Shown here: piece after piece, positions 60,190 to 64,000 of the stretch
Numbering within the stretch: the first letter of the stretch is position 1
Layout: each line of letters opens with the position of its first letter
Source of the DNA: Marsupella aquatica
Lineage: Eukaryota; Plantae; Marchantiophyta
NCBI GenBank assembly: GCA_973895155.1
Contig: OZ316893.1
Coordinates: 22,959,915 to 23,023,914 of the forward strand
Length of the DNA: 64,000 nt
Direction: 5' to 3'
The notes under the pieces: model-generated
Database searches by the model: none
Seen by the model: the letters and a program-made list of their open reading frames with translations, nothing else
What the model was told of the DNA's origin: nothing
Program-made: the position numbers and the translations under genes

Positions 60190-62663
60190 CCTCTTATTTT
60201 TAAAAACAAGTTTGGTTCTGGTTCTGGTTCTGGTTGATCTTGTTCTGTTGGTTGAATTTGAGGTATTCCATCAACAGCCTGCTCCTCTTGTTCCATTACC
60301 GGAACCAGCTCCATTCTCGGAGCACCTCCTTCATTTATGTCATGAAAACTCTCATGACCAATCTCCCCCACAACATGGTCCAGGATAGGAGATTTACCTT
60401 TGTTAGTACGGGAAGCCTGAGCATTCTCCCCCTCCTTTGATGATCTGGATTCATTAAAGGATACATCTCTACTGACAAGCAACGTACAAGCTTCTGGATC
60501 CCATAGCTTGTAACCTTTCACACCTGGTTGATAACCAAGAAAAAGACACTTCTTGGAAGTAGAATCTAGTTTAGATCGATTCTGCTTAGGTGTGAGAGCA
60601 TATGCATCACTTCCAAAGACTCTCAAAACCTGATAGTCTGCGTGCCGTCCATACCTCATTTCAAACGGCGTCTTGAAATTGATTGCACTTGAAGGAGAAA
60701 GATTTACCAAATAAGTTGCCATATTTATAGCTTCAGCCCAAAATTCATGCGGTAAACCTGATTGGCTCAACATACTCCTTGATCGCTCCAATAGTGTTCG
60801 GTTTAGCCACTCACAAACACCATTCTGTTGAGGAGTATAAAGTGTCGTGAGATGACAAGTAATCCCTTGCTCTGCACAATATAGTTCAAATTCACTTGAA
60901 CTATACTCCCCGCCGTTATCTGATCACAGATATCTCACCTTGGAGCCAGTCTGATTCTCAATTTGGGCTTTCCACTTCTTAAAAGTGCCAAAAACTTCAG
61001 ACTTGGCATGTAGAAATGTGATCCACACATACCGTGAGTAATCATCAATGAACGTGACATAGTACAATTTTCCAGAAAGTGAGGGAGTTGGGGCTGGACC
61101 CCACACATCACTATGTACATACTCAAGTATAGCTTTGGTATTGTGAGTTCCAACACCAAAGGTTCTCCTGTGCTGCTTCCCAAGCACACAGTGTTCACAA
61201 AAATCTAGCTTAGTAAATTTCAAATTAGAAAGAAGTCCTTGCCTGCGAAGTACCGCCAAACCCTTTTCACTCATGTGTCCCAATCTGCAGTGCCACAACT
61301 GAGTCATCTCGCATTGAGATCTAGTTACATTGGCTTCTTCACAAATCACGTTGCCCTCCAACAGGTATAGATTCTTGTGCCGCTTACCCTTCATGACAAC
61401 CTTGCCTCCGGTTGACACTTGAAGAATACCATCAGCAGAACTCCACCGACATCCATTTGCTTCCAGCATTCCAAGAGAAATCAAGTTCTTTTTCATGTTA
61501 GGTATGTGTCTGACATTACTCACTGTTTGCACAGCTCCATCAAACATCCGAATTTTCACGGATCCAATTCCAATAATTTGACAAGGATGATCATTCCCCA
61601 TCGACACGGAACCGGTTGATACTGAGTAAGAACTAAAAAACTCTTTCATACAACAAATATGATAGGTACAGGCACAGTCTAAAATCCATTCATCACCGTT
61701 GTTACTGGATGAAATGCAAAGGGCAACATCTGGACTTCACAAGATTTCATCATCAAGCAAGTCAATCATATCAACATCAGTGGTTGCATTCGCTGATGGT
61801 TGATGAGTCTGCTTGACTCGACAGTCTCGTTTCATGTGGCCAGGCTTGTTACATTTCTAGCATATAATTGGTTTCCTTTCTAGAGATTTCTCTCTAGACC
61901 TGGATCTAGACTTAGACCGAGCCTTCTCCTTGCCTCTATTCCGTGAGAGGTACGTTTGTGAAAAGGACCTATTTTCACCAGTCATCCGCTGTTGAGTCCT
62001 CCCGCGGTTCACATTCAATGCACTGCCAGATGAAGATGGTGTCTGGGCATGACCCAGTTTCTTCTGTGCATCATCTGACAACAAAGAGCTTACCACCTCA
62101 TCATATGAAATGGTTTTGAGATCTCTATACAAGAGAACCTGCTTCAAACCTTGATATGATGGGGGTAAGGAACTGAGAAGAAGCAATGCCTTATCTTCAT
62201 CTTCCACTCCCTTGCCAAGATTTGACAAATCTACAGCTAGGCTGTCGAATTCATCCAAGTGATCTCGAAGCTTGCCTCCTTCTTTTAGTCTCAAGCTCAT
62301 CAAGAGAGACTTCTTGTACAACCGATCTGAGGCATCCTCTCGGTAGTACTTCTCTCTGAGGGCCTTGAATAAGGATACACAATCCTCGTAGTCGTCCAGC
62401 TTCTTAATGATATGCGGCTTCAGATACAGCATAACCGCATTCACAGCAATCACTTGCTCTTGCCTCCATTTCCTCAACGGGATCTCCTCCTCACTGCTAG
62501 ACTCCTCCCGAGTCGATAGCAGATGATCTAGGCCCATAGCACGAAGAATTCCCTTAACCTGCTTCTCCCATAGCAAATAATCTGTGCGCCCATCATATTT
62601 TTCCACCTCAAACTTGACACCTCCAAACTTGGATGCCATCGTTGTCCTCCCAACGTTCTCCAC
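60190..62663 (-). pseudogene. Ty1/Copia gag-PR-GAG-pre-integrase-INT, truncated before RT
   Basis: VEKYDGRTDYLLW, LLLSSLPPSY, zinc knuckle C*KCNKPGHMKRDC, WILDCACTYH, LWHCRLGH, CEHC, HSDVWGP, FIDDYSR, FWAEA, SKLD..KKCLFLGY, SRDVSFNE. Confidence 0.92.
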
Positions 62664-63344
62664 GTGCTATTGCTGTGCTGCTCCCTATATGCTTTTTCCT
62701 TCCTTCCTTCGCGTTGACTCAAATCCAAATCACGAAAAAATGTCATTTTTCGCAACTTTCCAAAAACCTTGAAACTTGTCACCGCCACTTAGCCCACCAA
62801 CCTAGCAAGCCAACGCTAAAATCCGAAATCGAAACCGAGTTCCGACGAAAAACTTTTTCATATTTCGGTCGGGGTGGGTAAAACTCAAAAATTCTCTCCT
62901 GTTTTGACCACCTCGGGGAATAAGAAAATATCCAAGTACCACCCGTCGTCGGAAATGGAAATCGAGTGGTGCACCGCGTTGCTAGCTTCAGTGGCTACAT
63001 TCTCGCCAAAAAAGATCCGAAAAAGTTACCGTTCGGACCTTGGAATCTTTGACTAAAGGCCGAAAAACAGCTCTCTGTTTTTTCGGAATATTCCTTGGAC
63101 TGTGAAACAGGTCTCACAGGGGGCCGTTCCCCCTGTCCAAGCGGTTAATTTGGTGGGTCACCGGGCCCGAGATGCCGCTTAACCAGTGAGGAGCCTGGAA
63201 AGGATTAAAAAACGGGGCCTAAGGGGGTTTAAGAACACAAAAATACTGTCTTAAAAAAGGCGCATCCGCGTCGCATAGGCGACGCGTGACGGGCCAGGCA
63301 GTGCACAGGGGGTCGGGGAGTCAAAAACCGAGTCAAAATGGGCA

Positions 63345-63660
63345 GGGATGGAGCTGCGACGACCAGGACGTCCGGGACGGCCGCGAAGTCCCCGCCGGCC
63401 GTGACGTCTGGGACGGCCGGGACGGCCGGGACGTCCGTGCCGGCTGTGACGTCCGCGCCGGCTGCGACGTCCAGGACGGCCGTGACGTCTGGGACGGCCG
63501 GGACGGCCGGGACGTCCGTGCCGGCTGTGACGTCCGCGCCGGCTGCGACGTCCAGGACGGCCGCGATGTCCGCGCCGGCCGTGACGTCTGGGACGTCCGT
63601 GCCGGCTGCGACGTCCGCGCTGGTTGCGACGTCTGGGACGGCCGGGACGTCCGCGATGGG
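63345..63660. repeat. GC-rich 9-bp-period tandem repeat upstream of the Copia gag
   Basis: Units of the gacgtccgn / gacggccgg type with an 81-bp higher-order duplication (63401-63481 and 63482-63562). Confidence 0.8.
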
Positions 63661-64000
63661 AGTATTAGCGAGGAGGAGGAGGGGGTCGCCAACGGGGTAT
63701 TGACAGGGGTGCAAGGGTCGGGAGGGTGTGTATACACACCACCAAAAAGGCCCTATTCTAAGGCAAAATGTGCACAAAAAATAAAAATAAAAAATGTTGG
63801 GTTACTCACATTGCCGTTATCACTTTACACCAGATAAAGACTAGTTGTCGACGGGAAATGTTACCGAATTGCACCGGCACCGTTTGCAACTCTAGCAGAG
63901 TAAAAAATTCCCGTCACGACTCCTTCACTCCGCGTCAAGTGTCAATCTTGGACTCAAAACGACCACTGCACCGCGATCTCTCCGTTGAGCCGTTGCACTT

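Noticed and set aside
63229-63837. Four overlapping repetitive ORFs (ADVPAV, GRDVRA, TSRPAR, AVTS types)
   Set aside because: A 9-bp-period GC-rich repeat keeps several frames open on both strands; there is no evidence of coding.

Overview
Eukaryotic nuclear DNA, almost certainly from a land plant (a bryophyte-like host is a guess), made almost entirely of nested, decaying transposons; I see no intact host gene. The centrepiece is a complete minus-strand Ty3/Gypsy element (22459-41155, TSD TCCGC/TCTGC, tRNA-Asn-type PBS, degenerate gag-pol). Its LTRs are about 3.95 kb, and each contains a ~860-codon ORF downstream of its own TATA box. Two other families occur as 3.8-4.7 kb TG..CA units with perfect 5-bp TSDs, probably solo LTRs (B: 32667-37411 and 49761-54390; C: 46852-55334), and they carry distant homologues of the same protein. 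A fourth, more degraded relative lies at about 11066-15415. The shared architecture is an N-terminal AxxFW motif, a PMD/Transposase_32-like core, a Pro-rich linker and a long coiled coil. The window also holds a full-length Helitron (43205-59861) with a disrupted RepHel gene, two copies of an 8-bp-TSD MITE, a mitochondrial cox2 NUMT, L1-type and CRE/R2-type LINE remnants, a second Gypsy pol and a truncated Copia. All similarities were judged by eye; no database searches were run.
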